In this document: positions 37,092 through 47,397 of the stretch, piece after piece
Position numbering within the stretch: the first letter of the stretch is position 1
How the letters are laid out: the number at the start of each line of letters is the position of its first letter
Origin: an uncultured Candidatus Saccharibacteria bacterium
GTDB taxonomy: Bacteria > Patescibacteriota > WWE3 > UBA101185 > 2-01-FULL-41-18
Assembly (NCBI GenBank): GCA_964636285.1
Contig: CAZWQF010000007.1
Coordinates: 1-63,172 of the forward strand
DNA length: 63,172 nucleotides
Direction: 5' to 3'
Position numbers and translations under genes: made by a program
The notes under the pieces: model-generated
The model's database searches: none
The model's input: only the letters and a program-made list of their open reading frames with translations
What the model was told of the DNA's origin: nothing

Positions 37092-38246
37092 ATGAATTCA
37101 AAGGGAAATCTGGATTTACTAGTTATTTTCAATGCACAAGTAAGCGGAAAGAGCATGGGCGGTGGTGACAAGATAGTTCTTAAAACTGTTAAAGGGCTGA
37201 ACAAGAGATTTAATGTGGCATTTGCAGGGTGTAGCGAAGGTGAAGAGATGGCGTTGCATGAGCTTACAGATAGCCATTTTATTCATCTAGGGAAGTTTGA
37301 ATTCAAAAGATTAGGTTTACTTCTTTCTTACATATCTAGAATTGTTACATCCCCTTATTTTATTTTTAAAAGTGTGCCTAGTGGAGTAGCATCCATCTGG
37401 TCTGCTTCGGACTTTTTACCGGATACCTTACCAGCCATTGTATATAAGCTTAGAAACAGAAGTACAAAATGGATTATGAGCATGTTTCTAAAGGCTAGAA
37501 ATCCTTTCAAAAAAGAGGTGCCTCTAAACATTAATACTTTCCTTTTTTTCCTTTCTCAAAGAATCTCATTATTATTTGCAAAATATTTGGCTCATACAAT
37601 TCTTGTTTTATCTATCGATGACATTTTGTTTTTAACAGGGCTAGGAATTAATAAGGAAAAAATCCAAAAGTTTTCTGGAGGCGTTGACATAGAGGAAATT
37701 AAAGCAGTTTCAAATAAAACAACTCAATATGACGCTGTATTTGTTGGTAGGTTTCATTATCAAAAGGGCATAGAAGACCTAGTTTACGTGTGGAAGAAAG
37801 TTTCTGATTTTCAAACGAATGCAAAGCTTGCAGTGATAGGTTGGGGAGAGATTGACATAAAAAAGTTGTTTGATCAAGCTGGGGTTCCTGAAAAAAATTA
37901 CAAAATTTTAGGATTCCTTGATGGCATTGATAAATATAAAGTTATGAGGTCAAGCAATGTTCTGCTATTCCCCAGTAGTTTTGAAAGTTGGGGAGTTGTA
38001 ATTGCCGAGGGCATTGCCTCCGATCTGCCTGTTGTCTGTTACGACATTCCTGTAGTTAAGGAGAATTTCACTCATGGTGTAAAGTCTGTTCCTTCTTTTG
38101 ATAGAGATAAATTCTCGGATGCAACTATATCTCTTTTGCAAAACCCCCAGGAAAGAAAAAGGATAGTAGAGGAGGCTGTTGAATTTAGTAAAACTTTAGG
38201 TTGGGAGTTTGATGTACAGCTACTTACAAGTATTATTTCTTCATGA
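37092..38246 (+). CDS. GT4-family glycosyltransferase
   Basis: FVGRFHYQKGIEDLVYVW and SSFESWGVVIAEGIASDLPVVCYDIPVVKE. ATG at 37092; GTG at 37077 is the alternative start. Confidence 0.75.
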   Translation: MNSKGNLDLLVIFNAQVSGKSMGGGDKIVLKTVKGLNKRFNVAFAGCSEGEEMALHELTDSHFIHLGKFEFKRLGLLLSYISRIVTSPYFIFKSVPSGVASIWSASDFLPDTLPAIVYKLRNRSTKWIMSMFLKARNPFKKEVPLNINTFLFFLSQRISLLFAKYLAHTILVLSIDDILFLTGLGINKEKIQKFSGGVDIEEIKAVSNKTTQYDAVFVGRFHYQKGIEDLVYVWKKVSDFQTNAKLAVIGWGEIDIKKLFDQAGVPEKNYKILGFLDGIDKYKVMRSSNVLLFPSSFESWGVVIAEGIASDLPVVCYDIPVVKENFTHGVKSVPSFDRDKFSDATISLLQNPQERKRIVEEAVEFSKTLGWEFDVQLLTSIISS

Positions 38247-39135
38247 CAATGTTTATGTTCCACTTGTCCTCAGCTTTTTTAAGAACCTCCTTTAGAGTGT
38301 TTTTTGTAAGTTTCTTCTCAAATTCATCAACAATATAAAATTTAAAGCCTAGTTTATCAAACATCTCGAGCATTTTTTCTGGATTTCCTTTGAGATTTCT
38401 AATTCCAAAAGGCCAGTACTCCATAAAAATTGTAAGTTCTTTTGCATTTTTGAGAAGGTTTTGTGCACCTGAAAACGTAAGATCCTCAGCACCTTGTACA
38501 TCTATCTTAATTATATCTACTGATTTTCTTCCATCTTTTAGGATTGTACTTTTAAGAAACTTATCAAGAGTTACCGTTTTTACATTTACAGATTTGGTTC
38601 TGCTGTAATCTGGGATATTTTCAACCGAAAAAGATGGGCACGATAGGTTATCTTTATCAAGAAAAAGCTTGAGCGTTTCACCGTCTTTATTCGAGACTGC
38701 GTTATTAAAAGGCAAAATTATATTTTCATAATTATTATATTTTATGTTTTCATTTAAAAGAGAATAGTTTCCTGGCTCCGGTTCAAATGCATATACCCTA
38801 CCTGTTTTTCCTATTTTACTTGCAGCAATAAGCGAATAAAGACCTATATTGGCACCAAGGTCAAGCACAGTCATGCCCTTCTTTAGTGCTTTTTCAAAAA
38901 GTTCGGCTTCTAAATTCTCGTAGCCTCCTCTTACCAAAAACCCCTGAGTTACACCTATATCGTTTGAGTGCGCGAATAACTTTATTCCCTTGTATTCAAC
39001 AGTAATTTTTCCTTGAGGACCTAATTTTTTGAAGAGGAAAAAATAAGTATTTCTAAGAAATGGAAATCTCCAGAGACCTTTTCCATATAGTTTTTCGCAA
39101 AAAAATTTAAAAACTCCAAATAATGCTTCCTTCAC
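38233..39135 (-). CDS. FkbM-family methyltransferase
   Basis: VLDLGANIGLYSL, YAFEPEPGNYSLLNEN and IDIIKIDVQGAE are classic FkbM motifs. Its 3' end overlaps the convergent GT4 gene by 14 nt. Confidence 0.8.
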   Translation of the reverse strand: MKEALFGVFKFFCEKLYGKGLWRFPFLRNTYFFLFKKLGPQGKITVEYKGIKLFAHSNDIGVTQGFLVRGGYENLEAELFEKALKKGMTVLDLGANIGLYSLIAASKIGKTGRVYAFEPEPGNYSLLNENIKYNNYENIILPFNNAVSNKDGETLKLFLDKDNLSCPSFSVENIPDYSRTKSVNVKTVTLDKFLKSTILKDGRKSVDIIKIDVQGAEDLTFSGAQNLLKNAKELTIFMEYWPFGIRNLKGNPEKMLEMFDKLGFKFYIVDEFEKKLTKNTLKEVLKKAEDKWNINIVMKK

Positions 39136-39212
39136 ACTGTTCTTTATACCACAAAAGGAGATATAGTAGTCAATCCAATTATTGACTTATAGTTCCTTAA
39201 GTTGATAATGTA

Positions 39213-42200
39213 GTGACTGATTTTACATTACAACAAATGAAGATTATTAACAGAACTTTCATACTACATTTGGCAGTCTTTACACTTATAGTTATTGCTT
39301 CAGGATATAAGCTTTTATTTTTGGATGGGCAACTAGCATACGGAGACCTAGCCCCCTTTCCAGAAACATATTCACAGGCGTTTAATGACTATTTCTACCT
39401 CTGGCATGAAGTTTCCCTTGGAATTTCAAGGCACCCAGGCTACATTTTACCTCTGATCCAGGGATCTTTACTTTACTTGCTCAAAAACCCAATCTTAGCG
39501 CAAAGGCTTTTTATCTTTTCCATACCCATCCTCTCATTTGTATCAATGTACCTTTTACTACTAGTTAAATACAAAGAAAAGGCCTCAATTAACTCATTTT
39601 TTGTAAGCGTTTTTTATGCATTTGGTCCAATGTTTTTCCTAGAGTTTATTGGTGGCACTGTTTATACAACCTTGATTGGGTATGCTGTCTTCCCATTGCT
39701 GTACCTGTTAGCATTCAGACTTCTAGAAAATGGAAAAATAAGCACAATTCTTCTCCTTGCAATGCTTTTTGGCTTTATATTTTCTCTAAACCCTCATTTG
39801 ATAATTGCATTTTGCGTCTCAATGATTCTGCCGTTTATATACTCAGTTATAAAGTTTAGGAATTTTCCATTGTTTAACTGGGCAAAACTACTTTTATCAG
39901 GTCTTTTGAGCTTTTTACTTAACCCAATATTTTTCCTTGCAACATTTAATATTATTGCAACTCAGAATGGTGGGGTTTCAACGCCGTTCACAAGCAATAT
40001 CCAGAGTTTTTTAGGCGATGTTCATTACACTTATTTTTGGAGTAACGTAATAAATATAATTCGAATAGGTAACAATTTTAGTTCACTCGGTTATACTGAA
40101 TTAACTTTTTGGACCATTCCTTTTCTCATTTCTGTATTCATTGTTTTTTATTTCTCATTAACAAAAAAGATTTCAGAAAAAAGTTTGTTTGATTTAACTG
40201 CTTTTCCTTCATATATTGCAATATCTCTTTTTATTGCCTTCACACATCTTGAACAAACTGACTTTATATTCAAACTATTTCCAGCTCTTTTTACATTTAG
40301 AAATCCAGCTAAGCTCACATACTTGTTAATGATGCTTCTATGTATACTTTTATATAAGACACTGCAGTACTTAAGTCGAGAAGGAAGAAAAAAAGTGGAT
40401 ACAATACTTAGGTTCATCATTGTAACCTCCATGATTGCCTATGTGTGGCCATTATTTACAGGTAGTTGGGGGCTTGATGTTGCAAGAAAATACTATACAA
40501 TTCCAGGTTTATACACTTCTATATCCTCTATTGTTTCAAACCAACCAGGTAGAAACTTATGGCTACCTTCTTCCCATGAGAAGACCTCTATTAAGCTTGT
40601 TTGGCTGGATAGAGATAAGCTTGAATCTCAACTTGGTTTATCTCAGTTTAGTGGGAATTATTATTCAGGTGACGTTTCATCACAAATTAACTCTGCAATT
40701 CTAGGAAAAAATAAAGCCCTTCTTGAAAGACTGCTTAAACTTACTCAGGTATCAAATGTAGTACTACTTAAGGATGAAAAGTCTGGGATTTCAATAGATA
40801 CTTTTTATAATACCGAAAATATAAAAGGAGGGAGTAGGTCAATTGAACTAACTCTCTCGGATCTAAAGCTGCTTGAAGATAGGAAGTTAGTTTCTGTCTA
40901 CGAGGTTTCAAATATTTCCCCCGATGTTGAATCCTTTAATTCTACTGTTTATTCCAACAACCTTTCTGCAGCTTTAGAAAATTCAAATAATCAATCACTA
41001 ATTCTTCCAATCGAAGAAATGCCTGAAGGCGAGGGCTCCTCAGAGCAAATAGTTCTTAAGGCCTCAAGGATAAATCCGTATTTGTCAGTAACAAAACTAA
41101 GGTGGAAAAAATCATGGGTCTGGCCAGTAGTTAATACTGATCCTAACTCGCTCAAATTTAAAGCAGTTTTAATTTATGAAAAGCTTAATGAAAAACTTCA
41201 CTCAAAAGGTCTCGAAAGTATTGACTATCTTCTATGGAATTCAGCAAAAAGATCAGCTGAGATATCAAAATATGAACTATCAGCATCTCAAATCCTGTTT
41301 TTAATCTCTGAAATGGAAGACAAGGCACAAAAAGTTCTTAGTGTTCTGATGAGTAACCAGCCAGGAGAAGACGACGTGAATTATTATAACTCCTTCTCAA
41401 AAGCTTACCTTATGTTTAAGCGAATGATAGAGAACATTGAAAAGGTGCATCCCGGCCTCTCTCATCCAAAGACTGACAGATTACTTTCTTGGATTGAAAG
41501 TCAATCCTGCCCAGATTTTTGCTATTTTGCGGAAGTTCCTGTCTCAGGTAAATACAAAGTAAAATTATCACCTAGAGGTGAGTACGAAGATGGAAATTTT
41601 GAGCTTAAAGTAGTAGGAGAAAATAATATAGAGCAGTTTGTAAAATTGGATTATTCCAAACTTTCAGAAGGCGTAAGTTTGGATCTATCTGAAGGTAAGG
41701 TATTTTTTGTACTTAAAACCCCCAAAAATAAAGATTACGTTAATCAGGCAGATATTTGGAATGAATATAAAATTGAATCCTTAGAGCTAAAAGATGGAAA
41801 TCCAAGTTACATATCTAGACCACTACTAACAAAAAATGATCAAGATGAAAAGAAGAGTCGAAGTAAAGAAAATAAATCTGAGTATTCTGAATGGGGGCAC
41901 CGTTTTAAAATCTTGAAAAGTTGGCTTCCTTTGGAAGAATACCAAATTGATATGGATTACACCATGAATTCTGGAGGTATAGGTATTGCTCTTGTTGAGA
42001 TAATAAAAGATGCAAATGGAGAAGATAGCAGGGTACTTTTTAATCAAAAACTCTTCAACGACTTTGTGACAAGAAAGGATTACGGCTGTACTCAGGACAG
42101 TGATTGCACTTTTCACTTTAGTAAAAAGATACGATCCAGCGGTGACACTGTTGGAGCTATGGTTGTTACATATTCATTTGTAGAAGATCCAATAAAGTAC

Positions 42201-42746
42201 ATTGCGTCAGTGGACAAGTTAAGTGTAGTTAAAGTTGAAAATCCGAGTCTTAGTCTATTGCATAATGTTTCTAATGTAGCTGTAATAAACAATATTGACC
42301 CCTCATTTGAAGTTTCAAAAGTTTCTCCTGTCTTATATAAAGTGAAGGGTTTTGACCCCTCTGGCAAATCGATAGTACTAAATCAAAGCTTTGACTCAGG
42401 TTGGGAGATTTATGCTCCAAAAAATAAAAAAGGTATGTTCCCAGAAACTCAGAGAAGGGTAGCCACTCTAATTAAACGTATAGTCGAAACGGTTAAGCTA
42501 GACAAGCATGTTATAAGTCTATTAATGCTTGATAGGTATGGTAAAGAGAATGCACTTGAAAACTTAACTCATACTGTTGCGAATGGTTATGCTAATAGTT
42601 GGACATTTTCATGTGATCTTGTTTGTCCAGAGGAGATGGAAATTATTTTTATGGGTCAGAAGCTACTTTTATTTAATATTATTTTTGGTATGGTATCGCT
42701 GGTATATCTATTGATTTTTGTTATTAGCTATAGAGGGGGTAAATAG
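39213..42746 (+). CDS. 1177-aa membrane protein: N-terminal polytopic GT-C-like module (AftD/DUF3367-like?), about 750-aa extracytoplasmic region, C-terminal TM anchor
   Basis: GTG start. First loop reads YGDLAPFPETYSQAFNDYFYLWHEVSLGISRHPGY. About 12 hydrophobic segments lie in the first ~420 aa. A long hydrophilic region follows, and the terminal LLLFNIIFGMVSLVYLLIFVISY is a TM helix. Confidence 0.45.
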   Translation: MTDFTLQQMKIINRTFILHLAVFTLIVIASGYKLLFLDGQLAYGDLAPFPETYSQAFNDYFYLWHEVSLGISRHPGYILPLIQGSLLYLLKNPILAQRLFIFSIPILSFVSMYLLLLVKYKEKASINSFFVSVFYAFGPMFFLEFIGGTVYTTLIGYAVFPLLYLLAFRLLENGKISTILLLAMLFGFIFSLNPHLIIAFCVSMILPFIYSVIKFRNFPLFNWAKLLLSGLLSFLLNPIFFLATFNIIATQNGGVSTPFTSNIQSFLGDVHYTYFWSNVINIIRIGNNFSSLGYTELTFWTIPFLISVFIVFYFSLTKKISEKSLFDLTAFPSYIAISLFIAFTHLEQTDFIFKLFPALFTFRNPAKLTYLLMMLLCILLYKTLQYLSREGRKKVDTILRFIIVTSMIAYVWPLFTGSWGLDVARKYYTIPGLYTSISSIVSNQPGRNLWLPSSHEKTSIKLVWLDRDKLESQLGLSQFSGNYYSGDVSSQINSAILGKNKALLERLLKLTQVSNVVLLKDEKSGISIDTFYNTENIKGGSRSIELTLSDLKLLEDRKLVSVYEVSNISPDVESFNSTVYSNNLSAALENSNNQSLILPIEEMPEGEGSSEQIVLKASRINPYLSVTKLRWKKSWVWPVVNTDPNSLKFKAVLIYEKLNEKLHSKGLESIDYLLWNSAKRSAEISKYELSASQILFLISEMEDKAQKVLSVLMSNQPGEDDVNYYNSFSKAYLMFKRMIENIEKVHPGLSHPKTDRLLSWIESQSCPDFCYFAEVPVSGKYKVKLSPRGEYEDGNFELKVVGENNIEQFVKLDYSKLSEGVSLDLSEGKVFFVLKTPKNKDYVNQADIWNEYKIESLELKDGNPSYISRPLLTKNDQDEKKSRSKENKSEYSEWGHRFKILKSWLPLEEYQIDMDYTMNSGGIGIALVEIIKDANGEDSRVLFNQKLFNDFVTRKDYGCTQDSDCTFHFSKKIRSSGDTVGAMVVTYSFVEDPIKYIASVDKLSVVKVENPSLSLLHNVSNVAVINNIDPSFEVSKVSPVLYKVKGFDPSGKSIVLNQSFDSGWEIYAPKNKKGMFPETQRRVATLIKRIVETVKLDKHVISLLMLDRYGKENALENLTHTVANGYANSWTFSCDLVCPEEMEIIFMGQKLLLFNIIFGMVSLVYLLIFVISYRGGK

Positions 42747-42750
42747 GGAT

Positions 42751-43014
42751 ATGAAGATAACTAGATTTCAGGTTTTGTTAGCTTTATGTGCGTTTGTAGG
42801 TGTTATTTTTTTTGGATATGGGTACCTATTGATGTTGCCAGCAGCGCTATATTTTTATGTTAAGGTAGGAACTAGTTCAAGAAGACGTGTGGTCTTTCTA
42901 CTTTTGCTACTTGTCCTTTCAGCCTTTTTACTATTTGTTGGGTTTGAACCCGCTTCACATAAAGTAGGTTTAGTGGCCTTAGTTTTACTTTTCTACACAA
43001 CTTTTACTATTTAA
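42751..43014 (+). CDS. small (87-aa) three-helix membrane protein
   Basis: The ATG at 42751 comes just after the upstream TAG. VLLALCAFVGVIFFGYGYLLMLPAALYFYV, VVFLLLLLVLSAFLLFVGF and VGLVALVLLFY are hydrophobic segments. Confidence 0.4.
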   Translation: MKITRFQVLLALCAFVGVIFFGYGYLLMLPAALYFYVKVGTSSRRRVVFLLLLLVLSAFLLFVGFEPASHKVGLVALVLLFYTTFTI

Positions 43015-43053
43015 TTTCTAGGTGACATTCTGTAGGTATCATATAATGAGTGC

Positions 43054-44646
43054 ATGTTATTATTCGGCGGGTTAGATGATCAGCTTGGTTCGTATATATG
43101 GTCTCTGATAGCAGGGTCAAAAAATTTAGAATACATATTAAGATTTCAGCCGTATAGGGATTCGTTTTTACCTTATTTAAACCCCCTTACATCAAGTGAA
43201 CCTTTAATGTGGCTGTACTATTCAATTCTAGTCAAAATTTTTGGTCACTATACTCAGGTAGCGCTAATTGGTATCACTCTTTTACTTACATTTTATTTCA
43301 CACATAGGCTTTTTAAAGGCTATAAGTTTTCTTTAGTTTTAACTTTGATTTTTTGCTTCTCAAGCTACATGTGGCTTCATATAGCAATTCACCCCGATCT
43401 TGCTCAGATTTGGGTAATCCCTTTCTTCATAGGAACTCTAATAGATGCAACTAGAGGGAGTAGTCAGAACTACAAAGTGGGTTTAGCCCTTGTCATAAGT
43501 AGTCTGTTCTCAAACTATTACGGGTTTATTCTCTTTCTTTTTATGGTAGGTTTTCATCTGGGTGGGCTTTTTATCAAGCAGGATAGAAAAAAGCAGGTGA
43601 CCTTAATGATTACTCAGTTTGGAGTAGCTACCGTTTTGCTCGTAGCGTTTTTATACCCTTACATTTCCGCAAACTATTTAAGTTCAAATTTAGGTGGTAA
43701 ATCCATTGAAGAAAGTAGACACTTGGTGCTTAAGCGCCCTATCGAGGACTACTTCTTTTTTAGCGTCAGGCCGTGGTATTTTATACTCCCTCCAAAAAAT
43801 AATCCATTTTTAGGCGCCATCACAGAGAGCGCGGTGACGTCACTTTCTGAGACCCGCCATTATTTGCTGGATGACTACTTTGCCGGAGAGCATTCTGGGT
43901 TGTATTTTGGGACATTACTTAATATTTGCATAATTTTTATGCTTGCAATTCACTTAAAAAAGAACAGAATATTAACTCTTCTTGATTCGAATATTAAAGT
44001 TGGTATTTTCTCAGGGTGTTTGCTCTTATTATTAATCTCAATGCCTCCCTATGTCTCTTTATTGTCCGCAAAACTTTACACACCAGGGTATCTTGTTTAT
44101 AGGCTGTTCCCAATGATCAGGGTAACTGCACGGGTCTCAGTTGTTTTGCTGCTTTGTCATCTCCTTTTGCTCGCGTACCTATTACATAAAGCAGGTATTG
44201 GCGAGAAAGTAAAAGGAACTTACAAATTGATCCTGCCTGTTTTATTTCTACTGATTACCCTGGGTGAAACTTTTATACCAGTCTCGATATCATATTTTGA
44301 CAAGAGGCCTTTAGTTTATGAATACATAAATTCAGCGTTGCCTTCAGGTTCGGTATTTGCTGTGTATCCATATAGCAGGGTTGAAGAGCCATTCCTCTAT
44401 TTACCTGTACATAATAAATATTTCCTAAATATCAAAGGTTACGTGTTTAGCGATATTACCTCCGAGGCATTAACAAAAAGCATCCCTACTGATAAAGGCT
44501 TTTCAAATTTGCAAACAAAAAATGTTCAGTACCTTCTTCTATTTAAAGATGGAAGTGAAGGCACACAGGTAATAATGCAAAATTCTAACTTCAAAGTCAT
44601 GAAAGAATTTGAAGACGCCTATTTGTTAAAGCTAAAGACAGATTAG
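43054..44646 (+). CDS. polytopic membrane protein (GT-C-like candidate, family not recognised)
   Basis: 530 aa, at least 10 hydrophobic segments and a hydrophilic C-terminal ~130 aa. It sits between other GT-C-like genes. Confidence 0.4.
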   Translation: MLLFGGLDDQLGSYIWSLIAGSKNLEYILRFQPYRDSFLPYLNPLTSSEPLMWLYYSILVKIFGHYTQVALIGITLLLTFYFTHRLFKGYKFSLVLTLIFCFSSYMWLHIAIHPDLAQIWVIPFFIGTLIDATRGSSQNYKVGLALVISSLFSNYYGFILFLFMVGFHLGGLFIKQDRKKQVTLMITQFGVATVLLVAFLYPYISANYLSSNLGGKSIEESRHLVLKRPIEDYFFFSVRPWYFILPPKNNPFLGAITESAVTSLSETRHYLLDDYFAGEHSGLYFGTLLNICIIFMLAIHLKKNRILTLLDSNIKVGIFSGCLLLLLISMPPYVSLLSAKLYTPGYLVYRLFPMIRVTARVSVVLLLCHLLLLAYLLHKAGIGEKVKGTYKLILPVLFLLITLGETFIPVSISYFDKRPLVYEYINSALPSGSVFAVYPYSRVEEPFLYLPVHNKYFLNIKGYVFSDITSEALTKSIPTDKGFSNLQTKNVQYLLLFKDGSEGTQVIMQNSNFKVMKEFEDAYLLKLKTD

Positions 44647-44664
44647 TTCTGTATAATTTGCTCA

Positions 44665-46005
44665 ATGAGAAAATTTTTACTCATAATAATACCCATACTT
44701 ATTTATCTTGGCTCTTGGTATTTTGTATATGCAATCGGTGTAAACAAACTTTTAATTCAAACTGAAGATTCAGTACCCGCTCTTTTTACCCCTGTCACAA
44801 TAATTAAAGAGGGTAGCCCATACCTGGATTCATATTACAAAATGATGATATTAAGATATCCGCACCCTGATGACAAAAAGCAGGTTATAGGGCTAACCCC
44901 TTTCTACTTAAAGAGGATAGGGAGTCATTATATTTCTGCATTTACTCTTTTACCCGCACTACTTGTACTACCAATCTTTCTTTTTCCAGTATTGTTTGGA
45001 ATAAGCATAACTTGGTTTAATTTGGCACTGCTTGGAAAGATTGCCTCAGGGCTTGCAGTAAGCCTTGCTGGGTACATATTGTTCAAAGCAGGAGGCAAGA
45101 TATTAAGTAGAAAAAAGGCCCTTCTATTATGGTCAGTTTTTTTATTTGGAACAATTAATTTTGCCAGCATTTCTCAGGCACTCTGGCAACATGGGTTTGT
45201 TGAATTGTTCACTTCTCTTGGGATTTTACTTTTATTAAAAGAAAAGAAGGAGCCTCCTCACTTTTTTTGGATAGGGATTTTGTTTGGGGCGGCTGCGCTT
45301 TGCAGGCCTACAGCAGGGGTTTCAATTGCGATTTGGGGCATATACACACTTTTGCAAAAGGACTACAAAAAAGTCTTATCGTACATTTTAGGAATTTTAA
45401 TTTGCGCGTTGTTTTTTTATGCTTATAACAGTATTTACTTTGTGGATGTATCAAACCAAGGGTATTATTCACAAGCATTTGATAGCTGGAGAACTCCTAT
45501 TTACCTAGGCCTTCCGGGAATGTTATTTTCTCCCAGTAAAGGGATTTTTACTTATTCTCCAGCACTATTATTTTCTCTAATAGGGTTCTGGCTCGTTGTT
45601 AAAAGTAAAAAATATAAATCAGATTCAAACGAAAGGGTGTTCTTTTTTTCGTTTATTGTAATTGTTGTGCATCTTATTATTTTAAGTATGTGGAAGCATT
45701 GGTATGGTGGTTGGTCATTTGGATATAGAATGGCAGCAGACGTTATTCCATATTTTTCTATATTGCTTATTCCTTATCTAAATTCTGCATTGTTTGATAG
45801 GACCAAAAGGATTTTTCTATTTCTTCTTGCGTGGTCGGTTTGCGTTCAGCTTATGGGGATAGCCTTCTTTGATGGCATTTGGCACGCAGCCTATGACAGG
45901 GGGTACAAGAATCAGTCATGGCTTTGGTCACTTGAAAACTCTGAAATAGTGTTCAACATCAAAAGATCCTTAGTTAAAGCTGGATTGATAAAACCGTTTA
46001 TTTAG
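44665..46005 (+). CDS. polytopic membrane protein (GT-C-like candidate)
   Basis: 446 aa. First loop reads QTEDSVPALFTPVTIIKEGSPYLDSYY with acidic residues. About 10 hydrophobic segments. Confidence 0.4.
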   Translation: MRKFLLIIIPILIYLGSWYFVYAIGVNKLLIQTEDSVPALFTPVTIIKEGSPYLDSYYKMMILRYPHPDDKKQVIGLTPFYLKRIGSHYISAFTLLPALLVLPIFLFPVLFGISITWFNLALLGKIASGLAVSLAGYILFKAGGKILSRKKALLLWSVFLFGTINFASISQALWQHGFVELFTSLGILLLLKEKKEPPHFFWIGILFGAAALCRPTAGVSIAIWGIYTLLQKDYKKVLSYILGILICALFFYAYNSIYFVDVSNQGYYSQAFDSWRTPIYLGLPGMLFSPSKGIFTYSPALLFSLIGFWLVVKSKKYKSDSNERVFFFSFIVIVVHLIILSMWKHWYGGWSFGYRMAADVIPYFSILLIPYLNSALFDRTKRIFLFLLAWSVCVQLMGIAFFDGIWHAAYDRGYKNQSWLWSLENSEIVFNIKRSLVKAGLIKPFI

Positions 46006-46073
46006 TGTTTATCCATTGAACTGATTTAAGTTGTGAAAAACTGAGCTATAAACTATAATTTAGTTTGTAGTTT

Positions 46074-47372
46074 ATGGAACAAAAATACAACATTGTCATT
46101 CTTTCAAATCAGTTTTACGACCAACCGTTAAAAACAAATAAATGGCATGTGGCTACAAGACTTGCTGCACTTGGTCACAATGTTATTTTTGTTGATCCTC
46201 CAACTAGGTTTAAAGTCTTCAAGTCTGTAATTAAGTCCCCAAAAGATTTTTTTAGCATTTTATTCAGGCCTATCAAAAAGCTTGAAAGTGAGGTTTTTCT
46301 ATACACTCCTATAAACCTATTTAATTTTGGAGTTTTTTCAAAAATCAATTCGTTTTTTCAAATTAAGAACTTAAAAAATAAACTACTGGAATTTGGACCT
46401 GCACCAACAATTTTGTGGATATATCACTTTGATTTTCCTGGTCTTGAAAATTTAGTTAGTAGCGTAAAATTTGATCTAAAACTTTATGATGTTGTTGATG
46501 AATACACAGCATTTCCTGAGTATTCTAAAAAAGCCAAAACAAACACTGGGCTTGTTTTAATTATTCAATCTTTTGATGAGGCACTTAAAATTAAACTAAA
46601 CCAAGGGGGTCTTTCGGGTAAGGATTGGGTAATTAATAGGGAATCTTGGCTCACTGAAATTTCTGATCTAATTTTTGCAAGTGCTCCTGGTCTTGTTCTA
46701 AAATTCACTAAAATACTTTCAGAAAAAAGCTTAAAGAAAGATGTGCACTTTGTTCCCAATTCTGGAGATTATCAAAGGTACAAAGATGTCAAAGAGTACA
46801 AAAAAAGTATTCCATCAGATATAGAAATTCTCCCAAGACCAAGAATCTGTTATGCAGGTGCAATAGATACTTACAAAATGAACCTTCCCCTAGTTGAGTT
46901 GGCAGCAAAAGCGTACCCAGAATATTCATTTGTTTTATTAGGACCAGAGAAGGTTTCTGATCCAGACCTTGATCTATCTGGGCTTAAAAAGCTAAGCAAT
47001 GTGACTTTTTTGGGAACTAGGCCATATGAAAGCATGCCTTATTATTTTGCAGGTTCAGATGCATTTATTATTCCATATAACTTAAATGACTACACTGTTG
47101 GTGGCTGTTTTCCTGTGAAATTTCACGATGCGCTATCCGCTGGGCTTCCTGTGATTGTGACCAATATGCCAGCGTATACCCCATTTTCGGACGTATGTTA
47201 CATAGCAAAATCAGATAAAGAATTCGTGGAGATGATTAAGGAGGCCTTGGAGGAAGATAATGAACAAAAGTTTGCTCAAAGACAAGCTGTGGCAAAAAAT
47301 AACTCATGGGATGGTAAGGTAAAAACCCAACTTTCACTAATTTCAGACTTTCTTGCCTCAAAGAAAAAGTAA
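46074..47372 (+). CDS. GT-B glycosyltransferase (GT4/TuaH-like)
   Basis: NIVILSNQFYDQPLKTNKWHVATRLAALGHNVIFVDPP at the N-terminus, and GGCFPVKFHDALSAGLPVIVTNMPAY. Confidence 0.6.
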   Translation: MEQKYNIVILSNQFYDQPLKTNKWHVATRLAALGHNVIFVDPPTRFKVFKSVIKSPKDFFSILFRPIKKLESEVFLYTPINLFNFGVFSKINSFFQIKNLKNKLLEFGPAPTILWIYHFDFPGLENLVSSVKFDLKLYDVVDEYTAFPEYSKKAKTNTGLVLIIQSFDEALKIKLNQGGLSGKDWVINRESWLTEISDLIFASAPGLVLKFTKILSEKSLKKDVHFVPNSGDYQRYKDVKEYKKSIPSDIEILPRPRICYAGAIDTYKMNLPLVELAAKAYPEYSFVLLGPEKVSDPDLDLSGLKKLSNVTFLGTRPYESMPYYFAGSDAFIIPYNLNDYTVGGCFPVKFHDALSAGLPVIVTNMPAYTPFSDVCYIAKSDKEFVEMIKEALEEDNEQKFAQRQAVAKNNSWDGKVKTQLSLISDFLASKKK

Positions 47373-47397
47373 GCAATAAGTTGATATAATAAGGTAG

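Noticed and set aside
38233-38246. Two convergent gene pairs overlap by exactly 14 nt at their 3' ends: 38233-38246 (ttatttcttcatga) and 52655-52668 (ttatctgcgaataa).
   Set aside because: The two overlap sequences are not related beyond the stop codons. The equal length looks coincidental. The only point worth noting is that no terminator hairpin separates these convergent genes.
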